NCBI RefSeq assembly: GCF_902713615.1
Contig: NC_052163.1
Location: 116,000,912 to 116,064,911 of the forward strand
Reading direction: 5' to 3'
Length of the DNA: 64,000 nt
Source of the DNA: Scyliorhinus canicula
Lineage: Eukaryota
A program made the position numbers and the translations under genes. The notes under the pieces were generated by a model, which did not search any database, was not told the DNA's origin, and saw only the letters and a program-made list of their open reading frames with translations. Shown here in pieces: positions 34,901-46,559 of this stretch (position 1 is the stretch's first letter; each line of letters opens with the position of its first letter).

Positions 34901-37900
34901 CAAGGTCTTTCAAGTCCTCGGGACATCGCAAAGCCCTTCAGAGCTAATTAAATAGTTTTGAAGTGTTGTGATGCAAGAAAGATTCACAACCAATTTGGAT
35001 ACAGCCTGTCCTCACAAACAGCAATGTAATAATCACCAGATTATTTGTTTTTAGTTATATAGTTATATGTATCGAGTAATAAATGCTGGACAAAACACTA
35101 CTCTTCCAACATTGCCACGGGATCTTTTACATCCATCCAAGAGGGCGGACAGGACCTCAGCTTAACATCGCTTCCAAATGGTGACACCTCAAACAGTGCA
35201 GCTACTCCCTCAGCATCACAACCTTGATTTCTGTGCTCAAGCTTCGGGGATGAGACTTGAATCCATGACCTCTTGGCTGAGAGGTGAGAGTGCGACCGAC
35301 TGAGCCAAAGCTACTGCTCGATGTAATAAATCTGCAAAATGAAGCGAAGTACGGAACCGAGGGGAGTGCTGCTTCGAATAAATGTGTCGCCTTCAACAGT
35401 CTTGGATGTTCCATCTCTCCTTGGTTCTCAAATCATAGCCTACAGCAGTGTTCTTCAAACTTTTTTCCCGGGGACCCATTTTTACCAACCGGCCAATCAT
35501 CGCGACCCACGCCGGCCGATCTGCGCGACCCACCATTTTCTCTTACCTTGTTTGCTGCTGACAAAAATGGAGGAAATGGTTTTTGGTCCCCTTACCTTTT
35601 GGCCCCCCAAAGGGTAGATTGCTGTTTGCAAATTGGTTGCTGTGTTTCTTACGTTACAACAGGATGCACTTGTGGATGTGAGAGCAGGACGGTGAGTTGA
35701 AATGGCATCTGCAGGAAGGTCTGGGTCCTGCTCGCGGACGGACCAAAGGTGTTCTGCAAAACGGTCTGCATTTAGTCTCTCCAATGTAGAGTATACCGCA
35801 TTGGGAGTAGCAAATGCAATAGACCAGATTGAAGGAGGTGCACTCAAGGGCTGATTCACCTGAAAAGATTGTTTAGGCCCTTGGTTGGTGAGCAGGGAGG
35901 AGGTAAAGGGGCAGGTGTTGCACCTTCTGCTATTGCACGGGAAGGTGCTGTGGGAAGAGGCCAAGGTATTAGGGGTGATGGAGGGGTGAATAGGGTATCG
36001 CAGAGAGTACGGTCGCTGCGGAATGCTGACAGGAGTGATGGAAAATGTATTTGGTGGCGGCATCATGCTGGAGTTGGAGGATGATTCTTTGTAGGCAGAG
36101 GCTGGTGGGGTGAAAAGTGAGGACAAGGGGGACCCTATGCTGGTTTTGGGAGGGAGGGGAAGGGATGAGAGCAGAGGTGCGGGAGACGGGTTGGATACGG
36201 TTGCGAGCCCTGTCGACCACAGTGGGCGAGAACCCCCAATTAAGGAAGAAGGGAGACAGGTCATCAGCACTGTTTTGGAAAGTGGCATCATTGGAACAGA
36301 TGCAATGGAGGCGAAGGAACGGGGAGAATGGGATGGAGTCCTTACAGGATCCGAGTTGTGAAGAAATGTAGTCGAGGTAGCTAGTGGATACTAGTGGACC
36401 ATCTATCCCCAGAAACAGAGATAGAGAGGTCAAGGAAGGGAAGTGTCGGAGATCAAATGGCAAGCGGCACGAAGGTCTTGGTCCTGCTTGTGGACGGACC
36501 AAAGGTGTTCTGCAAAACAGGTGATAGAAGGGTGGAAATTGGAAGCGAAATTTATAACTTTTTCCAGGTCCAGGCGGGAACATAAAGCGGCACTGAAACA
36601 ATCGCCGATGGATCGATAAAAGAGTTGCGGGAAGGGGTTGGCGTAGGACTGGAGCATGGAATGTTCCACATACTCAATAAAGCGACAGGTAAAACGGGAA
36701 CCCATAGCCTGCCTTTCGTTTGGAGGAAGTGAGACAAATTAAAGGAGAAATGGTTCAGTGAGAGAACAAGGTAGGGCAGACGGAAGAAGGGAAGAGCCCT
36801 CAGACCATCCTGGTGGGGAATGGAGGTATAGAGGGATTGGGCATCCATAGTAGAGTTGGGGCTGGTTAGGGCCAGGGAACTGGAAGTTGTTGATATGATG
36901 TAGGGCATCGGAGCAATCGCAATGTAGGTGGGAAGGGATTGGACAAGAGAAGAGAGTATGGAGTCATGATTGGAAGAAATGAGTTCAGTGAGGCAGTTAT
37001 AAAATAGTTCCCTGGGATCCCAGCTCTTCCCAATCCATCCGCAGTTATTACCTGATCGGAGTTCCAGCAGGTCTCCTCATTACGGTCAAACAAGAACTTC
37101 TTTCCAAATTGCTTCACATCACGGTTAAGGACAGAACTCACCCTGTGGACAAGGAATAGAACTCGGGTTTGACAACGCGGTCAGAAATGATAAAGCAAAA
37201 CTTGCATTTAGCAACTTACGCTACCTCAGAATTCACAAAAGCTTTCCAACCAACAATATGTCGGAAGTGCAGTCACTGTTGTAACGTAGAGAATGCCAAT
37301 TTGTGACAATGTGACAATGACCAGATAATCTGTTTTTGGGATGCTAAATGAAGGCCACATATTGGCCATGGGAGAAAGCCACTGGCTTTCCTTCAAGATA
37401 GTGCCTGGGATCTTTTAGATCCACCCGAGAAGGCAAAACAGGGCTTTGGTTTAACATTCAACCAAACATTGGTAGGCAGCACGGTGATGCAGTGGGTTAG
37501 CACTGTGGCCTCACGGCACCGTGGTCCCAGGTTTGATCCCGGCTCCGGGTCACGGTCTGTGTGGAGTTTGCACATTCTCCCCATGTTTGCGTGGGTTTCG
37601 TCCCCACAACCCAAAAATGTGCATGTTAGGTGGATTGGTCACGCTAAATTGCCCCTTAATTGGAAAAAAATGAATTGGGCACTCTAAATTTATTTAAAAA
37701 AACAAACGTTGGTACCTTCAACTGTGCAGCACTCCCTTAGGTGTCTTTGAAGCCACACATTACAAGGAAAAGCCTCCTCCCACCTCTGGCCTGTTTCAAG
37801 TTCAGGTGATTAAAGATTCACTGATAAAGAAACGCACTTCATTAATCACAGCAACTCCACACTGAGCTGCTAGTGGACCAAAACTGGACATTGAGAGAAT

Positions 37901-39365
37901 TGCAAGATTCCACCAGCCAATCACACACAGCATCGTGATAGTGTGTCAGGATTAAACTTGTCTCCCAGACAAAAAAACTCACCAATCACCAAGAACAAGG
38001 AGAAAGATTTATTTACTCAGAGGGCCTTCGCAGGCACTGATTGAGGTAGAAAGTGTTGCACTTTTTAAAGGCAATTCTAATAAATATTTGAAGCAGTGGA
38101 AGATGCAGGGCAGTGGGATGAGTACACACTGTGTGAGAGAGACCATCAGCAGCCATTGGGTAAACCATAGTCTCTTAGAGGCTCAGAGGAGAAATTACCA
38201 GGGGGAATGAGGAGGTACTGAACAAATATTTTGACTGTCTTCTCAGTAGAAGATTCAAACAACATACCAGAAATACAGGGTATCCGAGGAGCTGATACAA
38301 GTGAGGAACTTAAAGTGATTAAATAACAGGAGAAATAAAGCAGAGAAACTTGAGAGACTAAAAGCTAACAAACCCGAGGACCTGATGGCCTATATCCTAG
38401 GCTTCTAAAAGAGGTAGCTGAAGAGATCGTTGATGCAGAGATTACAATTTCCCAATATTCTCTGGGTTCTTGAGGAGAAATTTCTTTTTTCAAAGGGTTG
38501 TGAATTTTTGAAATTCCCTACACCAGATGCCCTGTGGATGCTCTGAATATATTTACAGCTGAGATGACAGATTTTTGGTCTCCCAGGAAATCAAGGGATA
38601 TGGGGAGCAGATGACAAAGTGGAGTTGAAACTGAAGAAAGATATGATCGTATTGAATGTCTGAGCCGGTTCAGCAGGCCCTATGGTCTATTCCTGCTACT
38701 ATTTCTTATGTTCTTAAAACTGGAGTAGTTGTAACCCCAACATTATCCATCGTGACGATATACACCCCTCCCCATAGCAATCACATTGACCCATAGCAAC
38801 ATGGGCCCCCTCCATCAGAACCTCATTGACCCATAGCAACAATAGGTCTTCATCTCAGCAACCAGATGGACCCCTCCCCATCAGCAACCAGATGGACCCC
38901 TCCCCATCAGCAACCACATGGTCCTCTCCCCACAGCAACCACATGGTCCCCTCCCCACAGCAACCACATGGTCCCCTCCCCATAGCAACCACATGATCCC
39001 CTTTCCATAGCAACCACATGACCCCTCTCCATAGCAACCCAATGGTCCCCTCGCCATAGCGACCACATGTACCTTCCCCATAGCAACTACATGACCCCCT
39101 CTCCAATAGCAACCACATGGTCCCCTCCCCATAGCAACCACATGGTCACCCTCCCCATAGCAACCACATGGTCGTCACCCCCCCCCCCCCCCCCCCCCCG
39201 AAAATATGGAACTTTCCCTATAACAACCACAGGTTCGCCTCCCCCTCCAGGACTGGGCTCAGACCCCCGCCCCGCCGGGGATAATCCTCCCCCCCCGGGG
39301 GTCCTCACTATCTCTCAATCCCCTCACCTGCACCCCGTCTCCTCACACAGCAGCGACTCCGCCAT
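31780..39365 (-). CDS. NR2C2AP: NR2C2AP (nuclear receptor 2C2-associated protein, TRA16), complete CDS of 426 nt / 141 aa; exons 39365-39328, 37142-37052, 34681-34576, 33253-33186, 31902-31780
   Basis: Spliced translation MAESLLCEETGCRVSSVLNRDVKQFGKKFLFDRNEETCWNSDQGSSQWVMLEFPQTVKVTELQLQFQGGFTGRTCRLEGGRKGASLVEIADFYPEDTNRLQRFSIHEESIADKLKIIFEKSTDFFGRIIIYHLDVLGEKVL matches recalled NR2C2AP motifs (RVSSVLNR, ETCWNSDQG, QFQGGF, DFYPED, DFFGR..IYHL). Confidence 0.96.
31903..33185 (-). other. U12-type (minor spliceosome) AT-AC intron, NR2C2AP intron 4
   Basis: 5' site ATATCCTTT at 33185-33177; branch site TCCTTAAC at 31920-31913; 3' AC at 31904-31903; this junction keeps the reading frame. Confidence 0.93.
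32636..33108 (-). mobile_element. Probable solo LTR inside the U12 intron
   Basis: TGTTATGC...GCATATCACCACA termini; TATA-like and AATAAA signals on the - strand; flanks gtct/gccc match only 2/4. Confidence 0.5.
33186..33253 (-). CDS. NR2C2AP: NR2C2AP exon 4 (68 nt)
   Basis: ttcttag|; GRKGASLVEIADFYPEDTNRLQ; followed by the U12 donor |ATATCCTTT. Confidence 0.93.
33385..33510 (+). mobile_element. Penelope-type terminal repeat with a hammerhead motif (33385-33423, stem III mutated)
   Basis: AGCTTTGACAAAGAGTCATCCAGACTTGAAACATTAGCT followed by the same tail as the 27.3 kb element. Confidence 0.7.
33545..34010 (-). mobile_element. V-SINE with a nested short SINE
   Basis: GAAAGAGCACCCTACTT duplicated at ~33600 and ~33743 around the inner copy. 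Confidence 0.78.
34576..34681 (-). CDS. NR2C2AP: NR2C2AP exon 3 (106 nt)
   Basis: ccttag|; GSSQWVMLEFPQTVKVTELQLQFQGGFTGRTCRLE; donor G|gtaaat. Confidence 0.95.
35446..35610. mobile_element. Terminal fragment of the same hAT family
   Basis: CAGTGTTCTTCAAACTTTTTTCCCGGGGACCCATTTTTACCAACCGGCC is the near reverse complement of 56086-56037. Confidence 0.8.
35650..36990 (-). mobile_element. Penelope-like element remnant (RT and GIY-YIG endonuclease), rearranged, in NR2C2AP intron 2
   Basis: MDAQSLYTSIPHQDGL (RT); YLDY.S....CKDSIPFS.FLRL..ICS; PCNSRRCNTCP; DRFAEHL (GIY-YIG region); frameshifted. Confidence 0.85.
37052..37142 (-). CDS. NR2C2AP: NR2C2AP exon 2 (91 nt)
   Basis: ccacag|; VSSVLNRDVKQFGKKFLFDRNEETCWNSDQ; donor CAG|gtaata. 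Confidence 0.95.
37472..37700 (+). mobile_element. Short V-SINE
   Basis: Head and core; flanking CAAAC(A/G)TTGGTA direct repeat. Confidence 0.8.
38200..38715 (+). mobile_element. CR1-clade LINE fragments (RT N-terminal part joined to the 3' tail)
   Basis: LKANKP.GPDGLYPRLLKEVAEEIVD motif, then a CR1-type 3' tail. Confidence 0.7.
38769..39230. repeat. Minisatellite, ~25-bp unit CCCCATAGCAACCACATGGTCCCCT (about 17-18 copies) in NR2C2AP intron 1
   Basis: Tandem array directly visible, with degenerate edges. Confidence 0.93.
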
Positions 39366-39600
39366 CCTGCCGGAAAGCAAAGCCGCCTCTCCCCACACCG
39401 TTGGCGTCTTTTCCACGACAGTGCGGGCAGGCGCCGCAAAGCGGATTGAAGCTGGTGACCAGCCCAGACTGCCCTGAACCGCGTTGTCACAGAAACGTGC
39501 GGGCATCCCACCTTTATTGCCAACAGTAACTGGCTGCAAGTTTAATTTTGCCGCGGCTGGGTTTGCAGTTGAGGCTGGCAAAGCCAAGGTATTTTATCCA
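39230..39600 (-). promoter_or_regulatory. CpG-rich NR2C2AP promoter / 5' UTR
   Basis: CpG enrichment around the ATG exon; X-box-like motifs at 39483-39496 and 39516-39530. Confidence 0.6.
39328..39365 (-). CDS. NR2C2AP: NR2C2AP exon 1 (38 coding nt)
   Basis: aggATGG start; MAESLLCEETGC; donor AG|gtgagg; CpG-rich surroundings. Confidence 0.92.
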
Positions 39601-40549
39601 AGGGCCTCAGTGTGAGGGGTGGGCTGAATGCTGCCTCAAAACACCCTGCAGCACCTCACATCCCATCAATTAAAATAGTCACTGTTGTCATGGAGACGAA
39701 CAGATCAGCCAATTTGTGCACAGCAAGGTTCCACAAACAGTCCTGAGGTAAAAGAGCTCTGCCTAATCTTCTCAGAGCGGAGGGAAAGCTGTTGGCCAGG
39801 GCGAATGTTCCTGTTCTTTAAGAATAGTGCCATGGGGTCCTCTGCATTCAGGCTGATGGACATCAGGTTTTAATGCTTCAGTTTAAAAAAGACCCACATA
39901 AACATTCCCACAGTTACTGCTCTGTTAGCCCACATTATGCTCAGAACTCACAGAGTGCAACTTGAACCAGCAGGTTTCCAATTCAAGATTGGTCACAAAA
40001 AATAGCCCGTCAGCTTCTAAACCTCTCTTCAAAGCTGGGAGGAGCAGGAAAGACTTTGCATTAAACAGGAATTACAGGAATTGCCAAAGTGTGCTCGTAG
40101 CCACTGGTGTAGTGTGCAAGTGTGAAGTCACCATGGTCCCAGACTACCAAAGGCTGCTTTCCCTTTGTGGGGCAGAGCTGACGGGTGGTGATTTTAACCT
40201 GACGGATCACCACACCTCAGGCGAGAGACAAGGTTGAGAAGGCCCGGCCTTCATCAATAACCTCAGCCGGTACGGGGATTGAACCCGCGCTTGGTCTCGC
40301 TATGTATCACAAATCAGCTGTCTACCCAACTGAGTGAAACCGGCCCCCAAATCTGTGGAGGTGCCGGGGATTGAACCCAGACCTCAGGTGTGGTGTAGGA
40401 GATACAGTAGGAGCTTTGCACGCAGGAAGCTCCCACAAGCAACAAGGTGTTAAGGCCCTCAATCCCCATCCCGATCCTGCTCCCATGGCCCAAGCAACAG
40501 GACATTACATTCCCCTCCCTCCCCACTCCCCATGGAAAATTGAAATGTG

Positions 40550-40825
40550 ACAGTCTCAGTTTGCAGGTCGGGTCCGCGCACGACCGGTGCCATGTTGCAC
40601 AGCGTGACCGCTGCAGGTCGTCAACCATGCGCATGTGAGGACCGGGACCTGGCCATTCTCCGTCCGTTTTCCGCGTGGGAGGCGGGAGATTTGGCTGGCG
40701 CTGGTGCTAGCCCCTCACCGGTACCCGAATCACTGAGAGGTTCGTGCCAATTTTTACGCGTTGACTTCCCACGGATTCTCCGTTCGAGCCGGCACTTAGC
40801 CGCAGGAACGGCGAATCCCATTCCT
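40550..40825. mobile_element. Truncated Harbinger-type MITE fragment
   Basis: CpG-rich piece sharing motifs (CATGCGCATG, GGCCATTCTC, GCTAGCCCC, GAATCCC end) with the MITEs above. Confidence 0.5.
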
Positions 40826-41567
40826 CATCTTTTCTATCTGCCACATATTCCACATGCTAAATGTACACTTCAAAAATACTTTATTGTCTGTAAAAGTGCT
40901 TTGTGATGCCATGAAGTTCTGAAAGACACTTTAAATAGAAATGTTTATTTTGTTCTTTCTCCTTCCCTATGTGCTGCCATTGGCTTCCACTGGCATCAGT
41001 TCTGGTTTCTGGTCGTAACAAATTTAGGGGCCAGTTAGCCTTTCTACAAGTGAAGAAAAACTTGTTTTTGAAGATCAAAGGCCGGTGTTACTTGTTTACA
41101 ACTGTGAGATAGGACGTTTAATTCTAATCCCCGTGAGACAGAAGGAGTGAGAGAGATGCAAAGTAAAGAAAAAAGAGCAGTGATTCTTTCCTTGTTCTCA
41201 TGTGATGACTTTTTTTAAAAGGCACGAGTTGAAGTTTGAAATCAAGCAAAGCCTCTAGGAGGAAACAGATCGGAAAGGGGAGGAGTGGAGGGAAACTGAT
41301 TAGGATGACTTGGCTTCTAACTTCTTGCCATCTGCCTTAGAGTGGGGGAGGTATCAGAAAGAGGGAGACTGAATGGAGGTTTACGGGTGAACTGATAACC
41401 GAGTAAACAAGTGATGGGGATAAAATGGTTGAATATGTGCAGTTGAAACTAAGAGAGATAGAGATAGTGGTTTCAATGAGGGGGATAGGAAGAACAGGCT
41501 GTGGGAAGGTGAAGGGGACATGATCATACTGTTGGGTTGCCAACCTTCCAGAAATGGCTGGGTATAT

Positions 41568-41902
41568 CATAGAATCCTGACAGTGCAGGAGGCCATTCAG
41601 CCCATCAAGTCTGCGCTGACCCTTCGAATGAGCACTGTATCCATGCCCAGTCCCCCCATCCCTGTAACCCCATATCCTAACCTGCACATCCCTGAACACT
41701 AAGGAGCAACTGTTCATGGCCAATCTACCTAACCTGTACATCTTTGGACTGTGGGAGGAAACCGGAGCCCCCGGAGGAAACCCTCGCACACACGGGGAGA
41801 ACGCACAAACTCCACACAGATTAAGTCACCCAAGGCCGGAATTAATCCCAGGTCCCTGGTGCTGTGAGGCAGCAGTGCTAACCACGGCGTCACCGTGCCA
41901 CC
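41568..41902 (-). mobile_element. V-SINE
   Basis: Head, core and tail as above. Confidence 0.82.
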
Positions 41903-42199
41903 CAAACTGGAGCTGGCATCAATCTCCTGGTGATAATTGAAAGCAATCCAGGTGATTTTTAAGTATTATTTTAAGCAACGAATAAAATATCACAATAATT
42001 CATAATAGAAGCTCACCATTCATTGTAAAACGGTGATTTGATCGTGTACTTGTCAGTGTGATGACATAAAACGTAAACTGACGCAGGTTGTACATGTGTA
42101 CTGCACTCAGAAATGCCGTTGCCTGTTTTCTCCCGTTGAGAAGTTTAAGGTAAACCCGCACACATAATAGAAAAGAATTTACATGAATAATGGAATGGT

Positions 42200-43200
42200 G
42201 ACCTTTTTTGTTATTCATTCATGGGATGAGAGCATTGCTGGCCAGGCCAGCATTTATTGCCTAACCGTAATTACCCTTCAGAAGGTGGTGGTGAGCTGCC
42301 TTCTTGAACCGCTGCAGTCCTTGTGGCGAAGGTACACCCACTGTGCTGTTAGCGGGGAGGTCCAGGATTTTGAACCAATGACAGTTTGTGGATGATGTAT
42401 CAATCAAGTGGGCTGCTTTGTCGTGGATGGTGTCGAGCTTCATGAGTGTTGATTGGAGCTGCACTCATCCAGGCGAGTGGAGAGTATTCCATCACACTCC
42501 TGACTTGTGCCTTGTAGATGGTGGACAGACTTCGGGGAGTCAGGAGGTGAGTTACTCTCTGCAGGATTCTTAGCCTCTGGCCTGTTCATGTAGCCACAGT
42601 ATTAATATGGCTAGTCCAGTTTAGTTTCTGGTCAATTAGTAACTCCCAGGATGTTGATAGTGGGGGATTCAGTGATGGCAATGCCATTGAATGTCAAGGG
42701 GAAATGGTTAGATTCTCTCTTGTTGGAGATGGTCATTTCCTGGCACTTGTGTGGCATGAATGTTACTTGCCACTTGTCAGCCAATGCCTGGACATTGTCC
42801 AGGTATCATTGCTTTTGGACATGGACTGTTCTCTGACGGTCTCTGAATGGTGCTGAACATTGTGTAATTATCAGCGAACATCCCCATTTCTGATCTGAGG
42901 GAGGAAAGGCCATTGATAAAGCAGCTGCAGATGGTTGGGCCTAAGACAGTCCCCTGAGGCACACTTGCAGTAAAGTCCAGGAGGTGAGATGACAGACCTC
43001 CAACCACCAACAACAGTCTTCCTTTGTGAAACCAGTATAGAGTGCCCTCACTCATTTCCTTTGACTCCAGTTTTGCTAGGCCTCATTGATGCCACACTTG
43101 GTCAAATGTTGGCTTGATGTCAAGGGCAGTCACTCTCACCTCACCCCTGGCGTTCAGCTCTTTAGTCGATATTCCAAGCCCAGCTGTAATGAGGTGAGGA
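42200..43200 (-). mobile_element. CR1/L2-type LINE 3' fragment
   Basis: TASVPQGTVLGPTICSCFIN...MFADN; LMKLDTIHDKAAHLI. Confidence 0.8.
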
Positions 43201-43982
43201 GCTGAGCAACCATCATGTTTCTGGGTGCCGGCCTGTTCAGGAGGAGGCTCCGACAGCTGCCCGAGGCCTTTGAAGTGAGTGCAGTGTCAGCGGGTTGGGG
43301 GATTGATTCTCTGCAGCAAGGCCATGATCCCGGAGATAGGACCCATGCAGGTGACTTGCTCCGTCCAACCTTGGGTTCCATTTGCTGCAAGATTGCAACT
43401 GGGAGCAGCGAATGCTACAATGCCGACAACCATCAGCAGGGAGCAGACCCGAGCCACCAGCGGCCAGAGAGTGGAACCCAAGGCAACTGTTTGTCAGCGC
43501 CTGATATGTGTGTCTGTTTGCTTGGGGGATCATCCTTCAGGAGACTCCGGGGGATGTTGGGGTGGGGGGAGTGTGTGTGTGTCTGAGCCGGTGGGGGAGG
43601 AGAAAGTGCGAGGCTTCAGCAGCTGCTGCTTTAAAGGGCCGCTGCCTGATGGTGGCTCCAGTGGATGAGCGGGTGCAGCAGTGCCTAAACTAGCCAATTC
43701 TCATCAAGGTTAGTAAGACAAAGTACTTTTATTCATTCATGTGCATCAAAGATAGCCTTCCCTTCCCACTAGTGTTTGGGGCTTTGGACTTTGCTACACC
43801 TAGAGCCATAGAATCCCGACAGTACTGAAGGAGGCCACTCGACCCATCGAGTCTGCACTGACCATCTGAAAGATTACCCTACCTAGGCCCACTCCCCCAC
43901 CCTATCCACACAATCCCACCCAACTTCCGGGTCAATTTTATCTTGGCCAATCCACCTAACCTGCATATCTTTGGACTGTGAG

Positions 43983-45300
43983 AGGCAGCAGGGGGGTTGG
44001 CTTTGCCAAACTTGCTTCATTATTATTGGGCGGTGAATGTGGACAAGTTGCGGCGGTGGTGGAAAGGAGAAGGGGTAGAGCGGGTTAGGATGGAGGAGGA
44101 ATCTTGTAAGGGGTCTAGTTTGAGGGCTATAGTGAAGGCAGCATTGTCAATGGCTCTGAATAGGTATTCAAGGAGCCCGGTGATGCAGTCCACAGTGAAG
44201 ATATGGAATCAGTTGAGGAGACATTTTAGGGTGGAAGGGATGTCGGTGCTAATGCCGCTATGCGAGAATCATGGGTTTGAGCCGGGGGAGATGGACAGTG
44301 TATACAGGAGGTGGAGGGAAGTGGGCTGGTCAAGGTGAGGGATCTGTATTTGGAGGAAGGGTTTGCCAGTCTGGAGGAGCTAAGGGAGAGGGTAGATCTG
44401 CCGGGGGGGGGGGGGGGGGGGGGGGGGGAGTGAGTTCAGGTATCTGCAGGTTAGGAACTTTTGCGAAAGGTCTGGAGGGGGTTCCCTTAGGTTACTGGGA
44501 TACACCCTGCTGGAGTGACTGCTGCTTCCGGATGTGGAAGGAGAGAGAAGAATTGGAGATATATTTAAGTGGCTGGGGGAGCAGGGAGGTGAGCAGGTGG
44601 TGAAGATCAAGGAGAAATGGGAAGTGGATTTGGGAGGGTAGATCAATTAAGGAGCATGGAGTGAGGCACTGCATAGGGTAAACGGGACCTCCTCATGTGC
44701 AAGGATTAGCCTGATACAGTTTCAGGTGGTGCACAGGGTGCATATGACTCGGGCGAGAATGAGTGGGTTCTTTCAGGGGTAGCAGATGTGTGTGAAAGGT
44801 GTGGGCGGGGGCCAGCGAATCACGTGCACATGATTTGGGGTTGCGAAAAATTGGGACGATTCTGGGCAGGAGTGTTCGCCGCCTTAGCCAGGATCGTGGA
44901 GGAGGTGGACCCAGACCCTTTGGTGGCGATATTTGGGGTTTCAGAGAAGCCGGAGCTCACAGAGAGGAGGAAGGCCGATGTCGTGGCCTTTGCCTCTCTG
45001 ATTGCACGGCGGCGAATTCTGCGGGAGTGGTTGTCGGCATCGCCACCGGGGGTAAAGGCCTGGTTGAGTGAACTGTACAACTTCCTGTGATTAGAGAAGA
45101 TAAAGTATGAGTTAAGGGGCTCTTCAGGGTGGTTTGAGGAAAGGTAGGGATGTTTGTGACCGTGTTTGAGGGGCTGTTCACCGTGGGGGGGGGGTGGTGA
45201 AAAAGAAGAAAAATCTGTCCAGACTGAATAGTTGATTGTAGGGAAGCATGTTTCCCAGGGTGTGTGTAACATGTCTGTAATAAAATACATTTTAAAAAAA
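43983..45300 (+). mobile_element. L1/Tx1-like LINE 3' fragment inserted into a V-SINE
   Basis: GGLALPNLLHYYWA; CERCGRGPANHVHMIWGC (L1 zinc knuckle); AATAAA plus A-tail; SINE halves at 43808-43982 and 45301-45375. Confidence 0.85.
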
Positions 45301-45766
45301 AGGAAACCGGAGCACCCAGAGGAAACCCACACAGACACGTGGAGAAAGTGCAAACTCCAAACAGTCACCCAAGCTGGATGGGCTCACTCATCCGTGAGAC
45401 ATTGTTGGGATTCTGAGATGTCACTTCTGTTGTATGACGGTCGTGATTGGCTATGAAACGATTGCTGAGACAACGGCCTGTAACTTGTGTTCCATTTTTT
45501 CATTTGCAGAGATTCTCTGCTGCACATGCGCGTCAGGACAATGAGGAAGTCCCGACACAGGGAACATACGCATGGAAAGTGCGCCATGCATAAACTACTG
45601 GGCTGTTTTTTTTTCACCTGCTTTTCTTGATGCCCTGCGCTGAGCTCAGGATAGGACTAACTTGGCCGGCTTGCCACGATTTTAGCAGAGATTTTATGTG
45701 TTTTTATTTGCACTATTTCTTTCGGTCCAGAATCATCGAGCAGAGACAGGAAACACTGGAGACCAA

Positions 45767-46398
45767 AGGCTGGAATCTCCGATCCCCGAGGCCGAACGCG
45801 CCGCTTTTGTGATGCTCTGCCCCCTGAAAAGCGGGGTACTCTAGGAGTACGCCGCACACTGTATCCACGGCCTCAGGCCATTGCCTGAGGCCTGCCCCAC
45901 GGTGCTCCGTCCCTGACCGGCCGAGTTCCCGATTGCGTTGGACACGTGTGGTCTCACCCATCAGGAGCTCAGCATGGCGGCTGCAGACTCAGTTCAGTGC
46001 CGCCACAGTTGGGGCAGGGCCCATTCGCGGGCAGGGGGGCATTATTCGGGGCTGGGGCAGTGTGGGGGGCGGTCCGGGGCATGCGTGCCGGCCAATGGGG
46101 GGGGGGGGGGACTATTTTAGCGGTCCGGGTCCATGGGCTGTGTCCGCCTTGAAGCACAGCGTGGCCGCTGCAGGCTGCTGCCGTGCGCATGCGCGGCCAT
46201 AGAACCGGCAATGCTCTGGGCCGAATGGGCAGCCGAAGCTGGGAGCTCTACGCTGCCTGGCTGCTAGCCCCCCCCCCCCCCCCCCCCCCCCGCCGAGCAG
46301 AGAATCAGTGGCCGTCTTGCACCAGTTTTCTTGGTGTAATACACCACCGTTTCCACGCCGGCGTGGGGACTAAGTCGCCTAAATGGAGAATCCAGCCC
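45767..46398. mobile_element. Harbinger-type MITE related to 17985-18536
   Basis: Ends AGGCTGGAATCTCC / GGAGAATCCAGCCC; shared interior motifs; TSD not clean. Confidence 0.72.
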
Positions 46399-46559
46399 TA
46401 TTTTCTTGGTGTGGTAATGTTTTATAATATTAATATTTATAAATTTGTTTAAAATGTACATAAAGTGAAAGATAAATATATCTTATTTTGACTTTGGTTT
46501 GTCGTGAGGTTGTTAATTCCATTAAAAAGTACTTTAAAGTGAGTTTGGAGTGTATGTAA

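Noticed and set aside
35497-36908. 264-aa and 210-aa minus-strand ORFs
   Set aside because: Frameshifted Penelope RT/GIY-YIG remnants, not a host gene
38855-39141. Repetitive Gly/Cys-rich ORFs; also considered as a CRISPR-like array
   Set aside because: Translation of the minisatellite; units are contiguous with no unique spacers, and the context is eukaryotic
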